Source: Octopus vulgaris (lineage: Eukaryota). Taken from it: a stretch of DNA of 64,000 nt. The notes under the pieces are model-generated. The model did no database searches. It worked only from the letters and a program-made list of their open reading frames with translations, and was not told where the DNA came from. This document shows, piece by piece, positions 14,947 through 30,573 of the stretch. The stretch's first letter is position 1. Every line of letters starts with the position of its first letter. The position numbers and the translations under genes were made by a program. Location of the stretch: positions 23,126,001 to 23,190,000 of the forward strand of contig OX597823.1 in assembly GCA_951406725.2 (NCBI GenBank), given 5' to 3'.

Positions 14947-15056
14947 ATAAATATAAGAGAGTAACCACTATGTGGTCGACTCTAGCACTAAAAATAGATC
15001 CGCTTCTATTTTTAGTGCTAGAGTCGACCACATAGTGGTTACTCTCTTATATTTAT
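14947..15056. repeat. Perfect inverted repeat (52-bp arms, 6-nt loop)
   Basis: Arms 14947-14998 and 15005-15056. Confidence 0.95.
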
Positions 15057-15149
15057 GTATAAAATTTATCGAAATCCAGGTTTTTTATGCACTAAGCCAC
15101 TTGGATGTACTATTAAATTAGTATCCAATTTTCTCACCCTTATTAGTTG

Positions 15150-15191
<42 letters not shown>

Positions 15192-15567
15192 CGAATGGTG
15201 TGGGTGAGAATGTGTGTGTTTCAAGTGAGGGTGGATGAGTTTATACTTATAAGCGCATGTACGTGGGTATGTGGGCGCACAAGTGTAGGTATGGACATGC
15301 GCGCTTATGTCAATACTATGAAAATTTTTACCCCCTTACTTTTACTCCCTCCCCTCACTTAGCGGTCATTCAAATAGCTCGTTTGTTTTAATAACGGTCA
15401 ATCACACAGTAATTTTCCTTTGTTTAACGGTCATTTTCATAGCATTTTTTCCGATGCCCAGATAACTGAAGAGATGGCGGCATGAACTTCCACCTCGACA
15501 TCCAAAACTTGGAATTTTATAATGGCTACCAAATAATTGTCACATATTACATTTACATATATATATA

Positions 15568-15627
<60 letters not shown>

Positions 15628-15629
<2 letters not shown>

Positions 15630-15800
15630 ATGGGCTTCTTTCAGTTTCTGTCTATCAAATCCACTCAAAAGGCTTTTGTTGACCTGAGCCTATAATAGAA
15701 GACACCTGCCCAAGGTGCCACACAGTGGGACTGAACCTGGAACCATGTGGTTGGTAAGCTGGTAAGCAAGCTACTTACCACACAGCCAATCCTGTGCCTA
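15628..15800 (-). mobile_element. SINE family A, 5' half
   Basis: Reverse complement of the SINE head. Confidence 0.8.
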
Positions 15801-16445
15801 TGAGTATGCATGCTTTAATTCTTTCAAGTCTTAGGAAGTCCTTTGCATTCGATGCACATATCTCACAGTTCACATACAAATATCCTACAATCTGAGAGGG
15901 AAATACTTAGGAACCAGTTCTCACTCTGGATCCTATATCTTCTGACCATCTACTTCCACTGCTTATTAGGTCTTCTAGTAAACAGAAACTATCAACTGTT
16001 TCTCGGGGTCTTTCCAGATATTTGAAACAAAGTATTCCCCATATGTTTTTAGTACTTGTTACTCCTTCTCATTTGACAAAGTCTGCCTTCTACAATAGCC
16101 TGTCTCTTTCCAGCTCAACAGTAAGACACCTCAGTTCTATATTCAACAGATGAGGAATTACTATTTACATTATTTACATTCGACAGATAGTTGTCCTCAT
16201 CTTGTTTGTTGTTAACACGTTTCAGCTGATATACCCTCCACACACACCCATCACACACACACATACAACCACCACACACACACACATCATACATACAAAC
16301 AAAACTGTCCAACAAACGGGAACATGAAACTCTGAATAACAGTTTTTGTGATATTTTTGCTGTTTTAATAAAGCATATTACTCTATCTCTGGTATTCAAG
16401 TACTATTTTTTCTATCTTGTTTCACATTTATGTGCTTACTCTGGT

Positions 16446-16489
<44 letters not shown>

Positions 16490-16490
16490 A

Positions 16491-16908
16491 GGTGCAGGAG
16501 TGGCTGTGTAGTAAGTAGCTTGCTTACCAACCACATGGTTCCAAGTTCATTCCCACTGTGTGGCACCTTGGGCAAGTGTCTTCTACTAAGCCTTGGGTTG
16601 ACCAAAGCCTTGTGAGTGGATTTGGTAGACGGAAACTGAAAGAAGCCCATCCTATAAATGTATGTATATATATATATATATATGTGTGTGTATATGTTTG
16701 TGTGTCTGTGTTTGTCCCCCCAACATCACTTGACAACCGATGTTGGTGTGTTTACATTCCCGTAACTTAGCAGTTCGGCAAAAGAGACCGATAGAATAAG
16801 TACTAGGCTTCCAAAGAATAAGTCCTGGGGTCGATTTGCTCAACTAAAGGCGGTGCTCCAGCATGGCCGCAGTCAAATGATTGAAACAAGTAAAAGAGTA
16901 AAAGAGTA
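16491..16908 (+). mobile_element. tRNA-derived SINE (family A), full length
   Basis: tRNA-like head with A/B-box-like motifs, internal (TA)n/(TG)n, (TAAAAGAG)n tail; many copies in the window. Confidence 0.85.
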
Positions 16909-16954
<46 letters not shown>

Positions 16955-17354
16955 CATATATTGCACATATGTGTGTATTTGTAAGTATGTGTAGTGAATG
17001 TGAATACATTCTTTTATATTATAGTTCATGGTATGTAGCATTACTAACAACCTGACAAAAGCCATGCATGCATGTAACAGGTATTTCAGAAACTTAATTA
17101 TAATTTTAACCTATTAGATATAGTAACTGTGACAGGTGAAATGGCACGCTTTCATTTTAATGTGTGACTTAATACAGAGGTCATGTGTACTTTCAGGGTA
17201 CCCCAGCCATGCAGATTTCTTGTGCACTAAAGGTGAAAAGACTAATAGGCGGGGGAAAGTGGATTGGATTTTCTACCAAATATTAGTGGTAGTTTCTTCT
17301 AATGTATTGCAAATAACAGATATATATATGTGTGTGTGTATGTGTGTGTGTGTG

Positions 17355-17399
<45 letters not shown>

Positions 17400-17473
17400 G
17401 TATGTGTGTGAGGATAACAAGATCAATAGTGCTGGTGTGTATTTGTGTATATGGATAGATATTGATTTCATAT

Positions 17474-17644
17474 GTAGGTGCAATGACAAATTCAAGGTGT
17501 AATCAAGTGATTACATTCACACCATCCCATTTCTCCCATTATCATCATCATCATCATCCATTAAATGATGATGATGATGATGGGGAAATGGGATTGTGTG
17601 AATGTAATCACTTGATTATACCTTGAATTTGTCATTGCACCTAC
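17474..17644. repeat. Inverted repeat (~80-bp arms) centred on (CAT)n/(ATG)n
   Basis: gtaggtgcaatgacaaattcaagg... / ...ccttgaatttgtcattgcacctac. Confidence 0.9.
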
Positions 17645-17707
17645 GTGAAACCCAGAAGGATGGAAGGTTAAATTAGCCTCAATAATATTTGAACTTTGAA
17701 AATAAAT

Positions 17708-18000
17708 GCAGGAGTGGCCGTGTGGTAAGTAGCTTGCTTACGAACCACATGGTTCCGGGTTCAGTCCCACTGCGTGGCACCATGGGCAAGTGTCTTCTAC
17801 TATAGCCTCGGGCCGACCAAAGCCTTATGAGTGGATTTGGTAGACGGAAACTGAAAGAGGCCCGTCGTATATATATATATATGTATGTGTATATGTTTGT
17901 GTGTCTGTGTTTGACCCCCAACATCGCTTGACAACCGATGCTGGTGTGTTTACGTCCCCGTAACATAGCGGTTCGGCAAAAGAGACCGATAGAATAAGTA
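17708..18000 (+). mobile_element. SINE family A, 3'-truncated
   Basis: High similarity to the 16491 copy. Confidence 0.85.
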
Positions 18001-18561
18001 TTAATGGCATGTCTGTGTGTGCATATGTGTATAGATTGGAAACCAAAAGAACTGAGTACTCTAGTGTAAGACAGTAGAGAGTATTTGTGTTTTAAAATGA
18101 AATTATTCAGTATGTCACGTACTTACCAATCTCAACTTCACACTTCTATGAAGACACTTTGAGTTGTAATTACGTGACATGTTAAACTTCTCAGCATAAA
18201 GTTATGTGTGTGTATATGTATATATATATATATATGTGTGTGTGTGTTCATGTAAAAATGTGTTTGAAAAACATTACTGATACATACACACACACATATA
18301 TATATACTATGTAAAAAATGTATACATTTATTATATATATACACATACACACATATATGTAAAAGTGTATACTTAAATATGTGCAAATATGTATACATTT
18401 TTACATGTATGTATAAATACACATGCATACATAATTATGTATGTATAAATATATATACATATAACTCACACACACACACACACACAGTTACACATATCTT
18501 GAGAAGTTCATTATACCAGTAATTGATATGTGCACTACTTTTATTTCATTTATTATTATTA

Positions 18562-18611
<50 letters not shown>

Positions 18612-19544
18612 CAACTAGTTAACTGATCAAGTAGTTAATTAATCAATTGTTTGATTAATTGGTTAATTGTTTTGTTAATCAATCAACAAGCTGATTGATT
18701 AATTGTATATATACACGTGTAAATGGGTGTAAGTACATTTAAAACATACATATTTAAAATATACACACACATATATTTATATGTATACATTTATGTATAT
18801 ATATATTTATTATCACCTGTTTATCATTGTACCTCTTGCTTTTATGCAAAATGATAAATTGGTGACAGTAAATATGTTAAATAAGAGAGATCCATCTCCC
18901 TGATCCAATTTTAACATCCATTTTGCTATGCTTGCAGGAGAGATTGGGTTTCCTCCAGATCAAAGTGACCCAATATAGGCTCTCTCATTGGCTCATAAAC
19001 AGTTGTTGTTGTTGTTGTTGTTGTTGCTTAGTCCCAGGTAAGCCTTGATCCAGCATATCTCAGCCATGACCATCCCATTTGGTGCATGTGTATGTCCTTC
19101 CCTTTTTAAGATGGTACGATGTAATTTGAGGAAGATTAGGCTGCTATTCAGGCCAAAGAGATACTTTAGATGCTCTTTCATTGGCTCAAATCCGTTACAT
19201 TTATCATAGCACAATCTATGAAATGTGAAACAGATGGCTGGAACCCTAGAAGTAAAACATTAAATCAATAAACTTCCTTTGCTCTGAATATCAGACTACT
19301 AGGCACGTGTATGGTATAGGCACAGGCATGGGTGCGTGGTTAAGAAATTTGCTTTCCAACCACACAGCCTGGGGTTCACTCTTACTACATGAAACTTTGG
19401 ACAAGTGCTTTTTATTATAACCCCAAGCAGACATGCCTTGTGAGTGAATTTGGTAGATGGAAACTGAATGAATCCCATCAATGTATGTGTGTGAGAGAGA
19501 GAGAAAGAGAGCAGTTATGATCATAAGATTGAAGTTTTGATTCA

Positions 19545-19899
19545 TGGAATGGGCCGTTGCTAGCCCCGCCCCAACTGGCCTCCGTGCCGGTGGCACGAAA
19601 AAGCACCATCCAATTGTGGCCGTTGCCAGCCTCGTCTGGCCCCCGTGCTGGTGGCACGTAAAAAGCACCATCCGATCGTGGCCGTTAGCCAGCCTCGTCT
19701 GGCACCTGTGCAGGTGGCACATAAAAAGCACCCACTACACGCTCGGAGTGGTTGGCGTTAGGAAGGGCATCCAGCTATAGAAACACTGCCAGATCTGACT
19801 GGGCCTGGCGCAGCCTCCTGGCTTCCCAGACCCCAGTTGAACCGTCCAACCCATGCTAGCATGGAAAACGGACGTTAAACGATGATGATGATGATGATG
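19545..19899 (+). mobile_element. RTE-type LINE 3' end with internal tandem repeats and (GAT)n tail
   Basis: ggcgttaggaagggcatccagc...ccaacccatgctagcatggaaa..gacgttaaacgatgatg. Related copies at ~3240-3570, 10280-10500, 34318-34478 and 51203-51378. Confidence 0.7.
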
Positions 19900-20775
19900 C
19901 ACATATATATATTGTTATATCTATGCACATATATCCATTTGTTATATTTATGCACATATACATATTTGTTATATATATATAGTTAATCCAAACAAGAAAG
20001 CACAAAAAAACACAACAACGCGAGGACGTGGAACAAATATAGTATTATTGGACGCTCAGGAAAAAGGAGGGTTTAACGTTTCGAGCAGAGCTCTTCGTCG
20101 GAAACATAGGAGAAGGAAAGATCCAGAGAAGGGAAGACAGAGGAAAAAAAATCGCCAACGGTACACACGAGGTCACATTTTGAAAGCACTTCCTTTATAT
20201 ATATATATATATATTTATTTATGTATATATATTTAATTATATATATATATGTATTTATGTGCCCCAGCATGGCCACAGCTTGTGAGCTGAAACTAGGTAA
20301 TTTTTTTTTTAAATATATATGTATTTATTTATATATATATATTTATTTATATATATATATATTTATATATATATATATGTATTTATATATATTTATATAT
20401 ATGTATTTATATATATTTATATATATATTTATCTATATATGTAGGGAGAGTTTACGAAAAAAACAACAAAAGACGAAGACAGGTGGTGTACAAAACAAAC
20501 AGATGTATTAGTATAACACTCAGGAATAGAAAAAGTCTTTTACATTTCGAGCATATGCTCTTCTACAGAAAGGGACACAGAAAACAAGGAGAGGAAAAAA
20601 ATGTGTATAGTGGCTAACAATCTATCATAGCGTCTGACTCGGACAGAAGGGTCACACTGGTGTGTGCGTGTGTGATGATACCTCTTTCCAAGAGCACATT
20701 ACCAGGATGGCAACAATATGCAAATGACTGGCTGGCTGGATTCTGAGAACATTCAGAACCAGAGAGAAGGAAACC

Positions 20776-21260
20776 ATGATACTCCTCTGGAGAACATTCG
20801 TGCTCAGCCGCCTGGATTACTGCTCCCAGCTATGGTGACCCAACAGAGTAAAATTAACAGCAGAACTTGAAGCAATCCAGCAAAGCTTCACAAAGACAAT
20901 TGCCTCATTGCAACAGTTCAGCTACTGGGATAAGCTGAAACAGCTAAGACTTTACTCCCTGGAGTAAAGGCAGGAGAGGTATGCAGTAGTATATATCTGG
21001 AAGACCCTGGAAGAAATGTGCCAAATTTTGGCATTGACACTGCACAGTGCCAAAGATCCCAGCAATGTCGTCATGCTTCTGGACCAGTGAGTGCAACAGC
21101 TGGGGTTTTAGGGGCCCACAGCTTTTTAATATTCTTCCAAAGAGCCTGAGAGACCTAAGTGGATGTAGGTGTTTTCAAATCAAAACTGGACCTCTTTGTA
21201 TCAAGTGTCCCAGATGAACTTACCTTACTGCAAGAAGTGAAAATGAGGGCAGCGACAGCA
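20776..21260 (+). mobile_element. CR1/L2-type LINE 3' fragment (related fragment at ~30170-30560)
   Basis: DYCSQLW...LEAIQQSFTK...SYWDKLKQLRLYSLE. Confidence 0.75.
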
Positions 21261-21369
21261 AATATATATTTAAATAGTTATTTAAATATATATATATATA
21301 TATTTATTTATATATATTTATTTACCTATCTATATATATTTATTTATATATATGCATATCATCACCATC

Positions 21370-21420
<51 letters not shown>

Positions 21421-21797
21421 AAAAATGGTAAATAACTCTCCTGTGGTTTTTCATGTAACCAACAATTATTTACCAGTAAATTTCGGTATGTAAATACGAC
21501 AAAATAATTGTCAAGACCTTTGTAAGGTTCAGTATATAGTAAAGAAAAATAAGTTGGCTAGCAGCGAGCTGTTTTGCCTCATACCGAAGGAATTAGAAAT
21601 GGCAGTCAAAGACCCTTTTTTCCATTTCTATAAGTGGAGATTCCAAAAACGAAGGCCCTTGCGGCTCACATACACAAAACCGGAGTGGCAAATACACGAA
21701 TTCAGTCACTTACCGTTAATAGCGAACACGGTGTTTCTGGATCACAAACTTAAAAAAAGGGGAGTTTGAATTCCTTCTTCAGCGCTATATTCATTAG

Positions 21798-21839
<42 letters not shown>

Positions 21840-24447
21840 GCATTAGAAAGGACATCCTGCCGTAGAAGCCAAGTCAAATCAAACAATAGTTTGGTGCAGC
21901 TCTCTAGCTTGCTAGCTCTGGTCAAACCATCCAACCCATGCCAGCATGGAAAACAAATGTTAAAGGATGGTGACAGACATAGGGTGAGGTTGTGTCTCCT
22001 TGTTTTGACATTATCGAATAGTTATAAACAAATAGCACTTTTGTCATACAAGCATTTCTAATCTCCCATAAAAATGTCCAGCCAGTGACAGGTATTACCT
22101 TGTTTTGAAGCACAAGGGATGCCAACAGGAAGAGGGTCTAAGTCAGAGAAAATATGTTGACATGAATTCCATCAGAACTATCTAAGCTTGGAAAAGTGAA
22201 CATTAAAACAATGATGATAGGTCGGCAACAAGTCTTAAATCCTGCACTGCTAGAGATAGCAGCTGTTCACTAACTTCTACATAAATTTGAAAGCCACATA
22301 GGACAAGGGGTACAGACTGAAACAAGGTTATACAAAGGTCAAATTGTCCATGCTATTGATTGTTATTATTAATCTTATTCGTTAGTTAATTCATTAGAGC
22401 TAGTCGGATTAGAAACACTAATTAGTGTATCAGATAAAAAAAATCTGTTGCTTATTTGCTCATTTCTTTCTTTCTATTTTCATTGTATTTTTTTTTATAT
22501 TATTTTGCTTCTTTAATATTTTTTTTACTTTTTTATTGTTAAGCCTCATTGAATAAATGTGCTATAATGTGTACGTATATGTGAGAATGTAAGTATGTGT
22601 GTATGTATACATAGGTATGTGCATGTATGTATATATGTGTGTATGTATATGTGTGTGTATATATATATGTGTGTGTATGTGTGTGTTTATACATATGTGT
22701 GTGTGTGTTTATACATGTGTGTGTGTGTGTGCGTGCGCATATATGTGTGCACATACATACACAAGTGGATAATCCTACTGAATCCAAAGCAGATTTCAAG
22801 CCATTTTGTTTATCTTTGATACAAGGTTTCTTTACAGTTCAATCAATACATACACAGAAGAACTGAAGACCCTAGTTCTAAAAGTACTTAGGTCACATGA
22901 CAATCAGTATGGCTTAGGCACTTTTAGCAGTAGGGCTTTCTGTTGCATTACATGCTCTATGTGTGTGTGTATCTGTGTGTGTGTGTCTCTGTCTGTCTGT
23001 CTGACTGTTAGTCTGGTAATCTCTTAACTCATCAGAAATGTTTAAAACTATTACTGATGAGCTAAGAAATATACATAACATAATACTACATAATGTAATA
23101 CACATTCTAGATGTATTAAGTCCTTTCATGTTCCATTGTATTTTTATTTTTATATCCTACTGTCCAACCATCTACCACCAATACAGATATTCTCCTTTCT
23201 TTTACTCTATAGATGTCTTCAAAATTTGGATTACTTTCTGAAAGTGGTTCTAAAGTACAAATTATCTTAGCTGAGACCCCAGGTGTTAAAACCATCTGTA
23301 AAGAGTCTATGTTTTACTGTCTAAATAAAACAGTTGTGGGTCTATCAACCCCTTAAGATCTTCATAGAAGGGAGTTTTGTCATCAGCATGCAATAAATAT
23401 TGACTATCATCTGCATCAACTTTAAATTTCATATCTTGCATCATTTATGCAAGGTTATTGCTGAACGAGATTGCCTCAACCTCTATTCTTTGATCTTCCT
23501 TAACTACAATTTTTTCCAAACTTCAATCAAACATGCAGATTTAACTTCTTATGAAGCATCTTTAATATTTTTTTTTTTTTTTGCATGCATAATGCTGTAA
23601 TTTTTTCAGAATACTTTGACAGATTGATGTTTATCATTAGTTGCTGTAATCAAACTGGCTTAAAGTTTTCCTAAGATAATGCACTGTGAAAGCAGAATTA
23701 ACTCCCTGATTCATAGGGTCAATAGCAATGAACGTGTGTTTGATGGAATGAAAACAACTTCAGCAAGTACACAGATTTGGAGTTAATCAAGATTTGAAGG
23801 ATGATCAGGAGCATTGTCTAAAAGTGGAAATGCCTTAAGCTTAAAATTATTTTCAAACAGTAACATTTGACATTAGGGCAAAAATGTTCAGTGAATCTTT
23901 CTGTAAGCAAATTATATGTAATTCAAGGTTTTTTGTTAGATTTCAATAGAATAGGCAATCAAAACTTGGAGATGCTTTTCATAAGCTTGAGAATGATAGA
24001 ATGATAAACAAGCAATGAATTAAGCTTCTAGTCTCCGGTGGCATTTACTCCTAACAACAATGTTGGACAACATTTTCCTGTTAAAACTCATTCTTCCTCT
24101 TTTGGGATTAAAGTTTCAAAATGTAAGCATGTCCAAAATAGCCTGTATTTATTTACTGTTAAAATAGATTTTACAACATCCTTCAGTTGTGCTGGAAATT
24201 CCAATACTTGGATATTAAACTTGCTGATTAACATTTTATGGAATTTTTGTTGTCAATAGGGCCTTTAAAAGACAGGATTTTATTTTTTCCAGCCTCTAAT
24301 GAAATCTTGACATTTTAAAATATTTTTTGCATGTTTTATGTTTTCCTTGTTCTGACTGTCACTTCTATCAAAAAACTAGAAACATGAAACTTTGGAGTAA
24401 CAGATTGTGAAACTTTCAGCTTATATAAATGCGCACACACACACACA

Positions 24448-24495
<48 letters not shown>

Positions 24496-24579
24496 GACTG
24501 AGTTCCTTTGGATTCTTCACAATTAAGACAATTCCATTTACTTCATCCCAACTCTTTTATCTATTCATATTTAATTTGA

Positions 24580-25494
<915 letters not shown>

Positions 25495-26053
25495 TAATTA
25501 TTTTAAAAAATAAAAAATTTTAAATTACTATATGTGAAAATATATAAAAATATATGTGTGTGTGTATATATATTAATATAAATATAACTAAAGATATACA
25601 TACACACACACATATATATACATACATATAGACACATGAAAAAATTCATATATATACACATACATATATTTATATATACCTATGTATGTATTTATGCATG
25701 AGTATATTGGTGATTCCCATAGTCTATTGGGTCATTGTTGGGGCACTTGTGGAGACTTAGTCTTCAAGCAATGTGTCTAGGGCAAACTAGCCCTATCCTT
25801 CTCCTAGCTATTTCTACCTATGGTGGGTTTTGAACTCAGCACTGCAAGATAACAACTCATTATTTAGACAGCACTCATTGCAACTTACAGCGTTAAGCTT
25901 CACCTACCTGTGGTACCAATTTACAGCTAGGTGGACTGAGTCAGTGAGAGTCAAGTATCTTGGCCCTTGACACAGAGCAGCACCATTGGCTGGATGCAAA
26001 CCATCACATTTTAAAACAGCAGCCTGACACCCAATCAACTTGGCTAGCTGTAA

Positions 26054-26057
<4 letters not shown>

Positions 26058-26091
<34 letters not shown>

Positions 26092-26206
26092 CATATATAT
26101 ACATACATATATACATACATATATATATACATATATATATACATATGTATATACATACATATATATATATATATATGTGTGTGTGTATGAATATATGTAT
26201 ATATGC

Positions 26207-26248
<42 letters not shown>

Positions 26249-26671
26249 GTGTATATAAATGTATATATATATAAAAATGTATATACATATGTATATATAT
26301 GTATATATATGTTTATATATGTATATATATATGTATATATTTGTATATATATATGTATATATGTGTATATATATGTATATAAATTATATATATATAAATC
26401 TATATACTTATGTATATATATGTATATATATATATACATATATATATATAAACATATATATATACATATATATATGTGTAAATATATATAAATATGTAAA
26501 TATATATATGTGTATATATATATGTATGTAAATATATATATATGTAAATATATATATATGTATATATATATATGTGTATATATATATGTATATATATATT
26601 TATTTATATATATATATTTATTTATATATATATATGTGTATATATATATATGTATATATATATCTTAATTC

Positions 26672-26713
<42 letters not shown>

Positions 26714-26838
26714 CTATATATATGCATGCATGTATATATAAGTGTGTGCATGTGAGTATATATATATGGATATATAGGCATGTGTATAACTATATATGTG
26801 TATGTATATATATATAAATATAAATGTATATATATATT

Positions 26839-26897
<59 letters not shown>

Positions 26898-27135
26898 CAT
26901 ATACATGTATACATATATATATATGAATATATATACATATGCTTATATATACATACATGTATGTATGTGTGTATATACATATATATATGCATATATATAA
27001 ATGCACATATATTTAGATATATATGCATATATATATATATGCTTATATAGAAATGCATATGTATGTATATATATGCATATATACATATGCATTTATATAT
27101 ATAAATGTATATATTTATTTTTATATATATATAAA

Positions 27136-27170
<35 letters not shown>

Positions 27171-27631
27171 GCATATATATACTTATATATATATAAATGC
27201 ATATATATATTTATATATATATATAAATGCATATATATATATATATTTATATATATATAAATGCATATTTATATATATATATAAATGGTATATATATATA
27301 TATATTTATATATATATAAATGGTATATATATATATTTATATATATATAAATGGTATATATATATATAGATATATGCATGTGTATGTATATATATAGGCA
27401 TGTATGTGTATATATATGTATATATATGTTTGTATATATGTGTGTATATATATATATATGTATATGTGTGTGTATGTGAGTATGTATATATGTGTGTGTA
27501 TATATATATATATATATATTTATATATAATGTATATATATATATATATATGTGTGTGTCTGTTTATACATACATACATACATGTGTATGTGTGTATAAGT
27601 ATGTAAATATATATATATATATATGTGCATC

Positions 27632-27696
<65 letters not shown>

Positions 27697-27700
27697 TCAT
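26058..27700. repeat. ~1.65 kb degenerate (TA)n/(TG)n microsatellite downstream of the K+ channel stop
   Basis: Direct inspection. Confidence 0.95.
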
Positions 27701-28928
27701 GTATAAATTTTAACACAGATACATATATATGTTGCTTTTGTAACTTTTTTCTTCTTCTTTAGAATCTATTTAATCTTTTAAATTATCACTAAAACCTGTT
27801 TTAAAAAAAAGAAAAACAAAAACAACCACCACATTATCAACAAAATACAATTTCAACTAAAAGCTAAAAAAAAAAAAAATGATTCGATTGGGGTGTAGCA
27901 CTGCCAAATTGAACCTTGCTGCCTCTAATATCTCCTTGATTATTCTTACTCTCATCATCTACTTTGTTTTGTTTTTTTTTTGTTTTTTACTTTTTTGTTC
28001 TTTTGAGTTGAATTTTTTCTTTTAAAATTATTCATTGTTTTGTTGATTTTAATTTAAATGTTTATTTTTTTTCTGTTATATTTTGTCATTTTTATCAATG
28101 AAGTTACCCCCAAGTCCTTCTGTTCTCTATCTTCTATCTATCTATATCTATCTCTTCATCATATTTTTTCTTGTTTTTTTTTTTTGTTTTGTTTTTTGCA
28201 ACATCCCCTACCTCCAGATTGGTGCTGTTTTTCCTTTGTTGCAGATATCCTGGTATTTATGATGAAATAAATTTTGAAAAAAAAAAAAAAATATATTATA
28301 TGCATATATATATATTTCTGGATTTTTCTACAAATTAATAACACAACAATAATTTTAGAATTCATTCAAATATAAATGCACTGAAATTATAAATGAATTC
28401 TAGGATTTCCCACAATACTCATAATATGGTTTCAAATTTTAGCCCTCAGCCAGCAGTTTTGGAGGAGGTGTAAGCCAATTACATCAGCATCAACCCCTAT
28501 GCTCAACTGGTACTTATTTTATCAATCCTGAAAGGGATGAAATGCAAAGTTGACCTCAGTGGAATTTGAACTCAGAATGTGCAGTTAGACAAAATGTGAC
28601 TGAAGAGCATTTTGCTACCCTAATAATTCTTTCTAATATTGGCACAAGGCTAGTAATTTTGAGGGAAGGTGACAAGTTGATAACGCTGACCCCCAGTACT
28701 TGACTGATACTTTATTTTACTGACCCTGGAAGGATGGAAGACAAAGTTAACATCAGTAAGATTTGAGCTCAGGACATAAAGAGTAGAAGAAATGTTTGCT
28801 AAGCATTTTGTGGGATATGTTAATGATTCACCCAGCTCTAGGCCCTCTTACTAGTAACAATAGTGACCACAATAATACTGATATTCCAACCTTAGTAATA
28901 ATAATGATGATACTGGTAATAATGATGA

Positions 28929-29103
28929 GGCGTAGGAGTGGCTGTGTGGTAAGTAGCTTGCTTACCAACCACAGGGTTCCGGGTTCAGTTCCACTGCGTG
29001 GCACCTTGGGCAAGTGTCCTCTACTCTAGCCTCGGGTCGACCAAAGCCTTGTGAGTGGATTTGGTAGACGGAAACTGAAAGAAGCCCATTGTATATATGT
29101 GTG

Positions 29104-29162
<59 letters not shown>

Positions 29163-29365
29163 ATGTATGTATGCGTATGCATATGTTTGTGTGTCTGTGT
29201 TTGTTCCCCCAACATTGCTTGACAACCGATGCTGGTGTGTATACGTTCCTGTAACTAAGCGGTTCGGTGAAAGAAACTGATAAAATAAGTAATAGGCTTA
29301 CAAAGAATAAGTCCAGGGGTCGATTTCCTCGACTAAAGGCAATGCTCCAGCATGGCCGCAGTCAA
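28929..29365 (+). mobile_element. SINE family A
   Basis: High similarity to the 16491 copy. Confidence 0.85.
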
Positions 29366-29450
29366 AGTGCCCAAGGTGCCACGCAGTGGGACTGAATCCA
29401 GAACCATGTCGTTGGGAAGTAAGCTTCTTATCACACAACCACAACTGCAG

Positions 29451-29511
<61 letters not shown>

Positions 29512-30573
29512 CGTGTATACACACACACACACATACATGTGTGTGTTATGTATATACACATACATGACAAGCTTCTTTCAGTTTCCATCTACCAAATCCA
29601 CTCATGATGCTTTGGTCGGCCCAGGGCTACCCACTTCTTTATAGTTTAGTCATCACTTATGCACTCCCACATTAACACATACATGCATACATATGCAGTA
29701 CAAGATGATTTGCAAATGCCATCACAGCCAAGACCCAATCACATGACTTGAAAAATAATGCGAGAATATTGTAGTTATCTCCCTTATTGACGAAAATTAA
29801 TTTTGGTTGAGTTACTTCCCTTGAACCATAGCACTGCCTAAACGTCACGCCTTGCAACTAAACTCTTTCATCGCGTGACTCGATTCTAGTTTACAGCAAC
29901 CAATAAAGAACCATCTTTCAAACTGACAACTGCTAAAGATTTATTCATTCCTATTGTCTACATGGGAGTCATTAATTGCTAATATATATTCGACAAAACA
30001 TATTGTGTATTTTCTCTTGTTTGGGCAACGTTTTCTACTACAACATGGTAAATACACACACATATTTACATATTCATATTTGTTTTGTTCCATACTTGCA
30101 CATGGGTTAGACGAATATGCCAACACTCACTTGTTTTTCAAGGAAGAGATTGTATTCCTATATATTGTTCAAACAGTATTGCCCAAATGATATCAGTATC
30201 ACTTTTAAAATCCACCCAAGTCTTGGTCCCCATGCCAAGCGTCCTCTACAGAAATCGTGCTCTCTGCACATCACAACACTAGGACAGAACTACTTCTCCT
30301 CAACTGGACCTGCTCTTTTTAATATCATTCCAAAACATATAAAGGAGGAAAAAGATTTCATAACCTTCAAAAAGTTTGTGGATGAATAACTCCAACTAAT
30401 TCCAGATAAGCCACCTACACCAGGATATACTGCTGCAAACAACAACTCTTTAATCAAAAGAGCAATGGTGCCTAAAAATAACTATACAAAAATACATTAC
30501 TAAAGGTCTTTTCCAGGTGGTGCTATTAAGTTAGCTATGGCCTGGGCCAATGTGGCTGAAACCTTATATATAT

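Noticed and set aside
25904-27716. Numerous YIYI/HTHT/CVCV ORFs here and throughout the window
   Set aside because: Translations of dinucleotide microsatellites; not genes.
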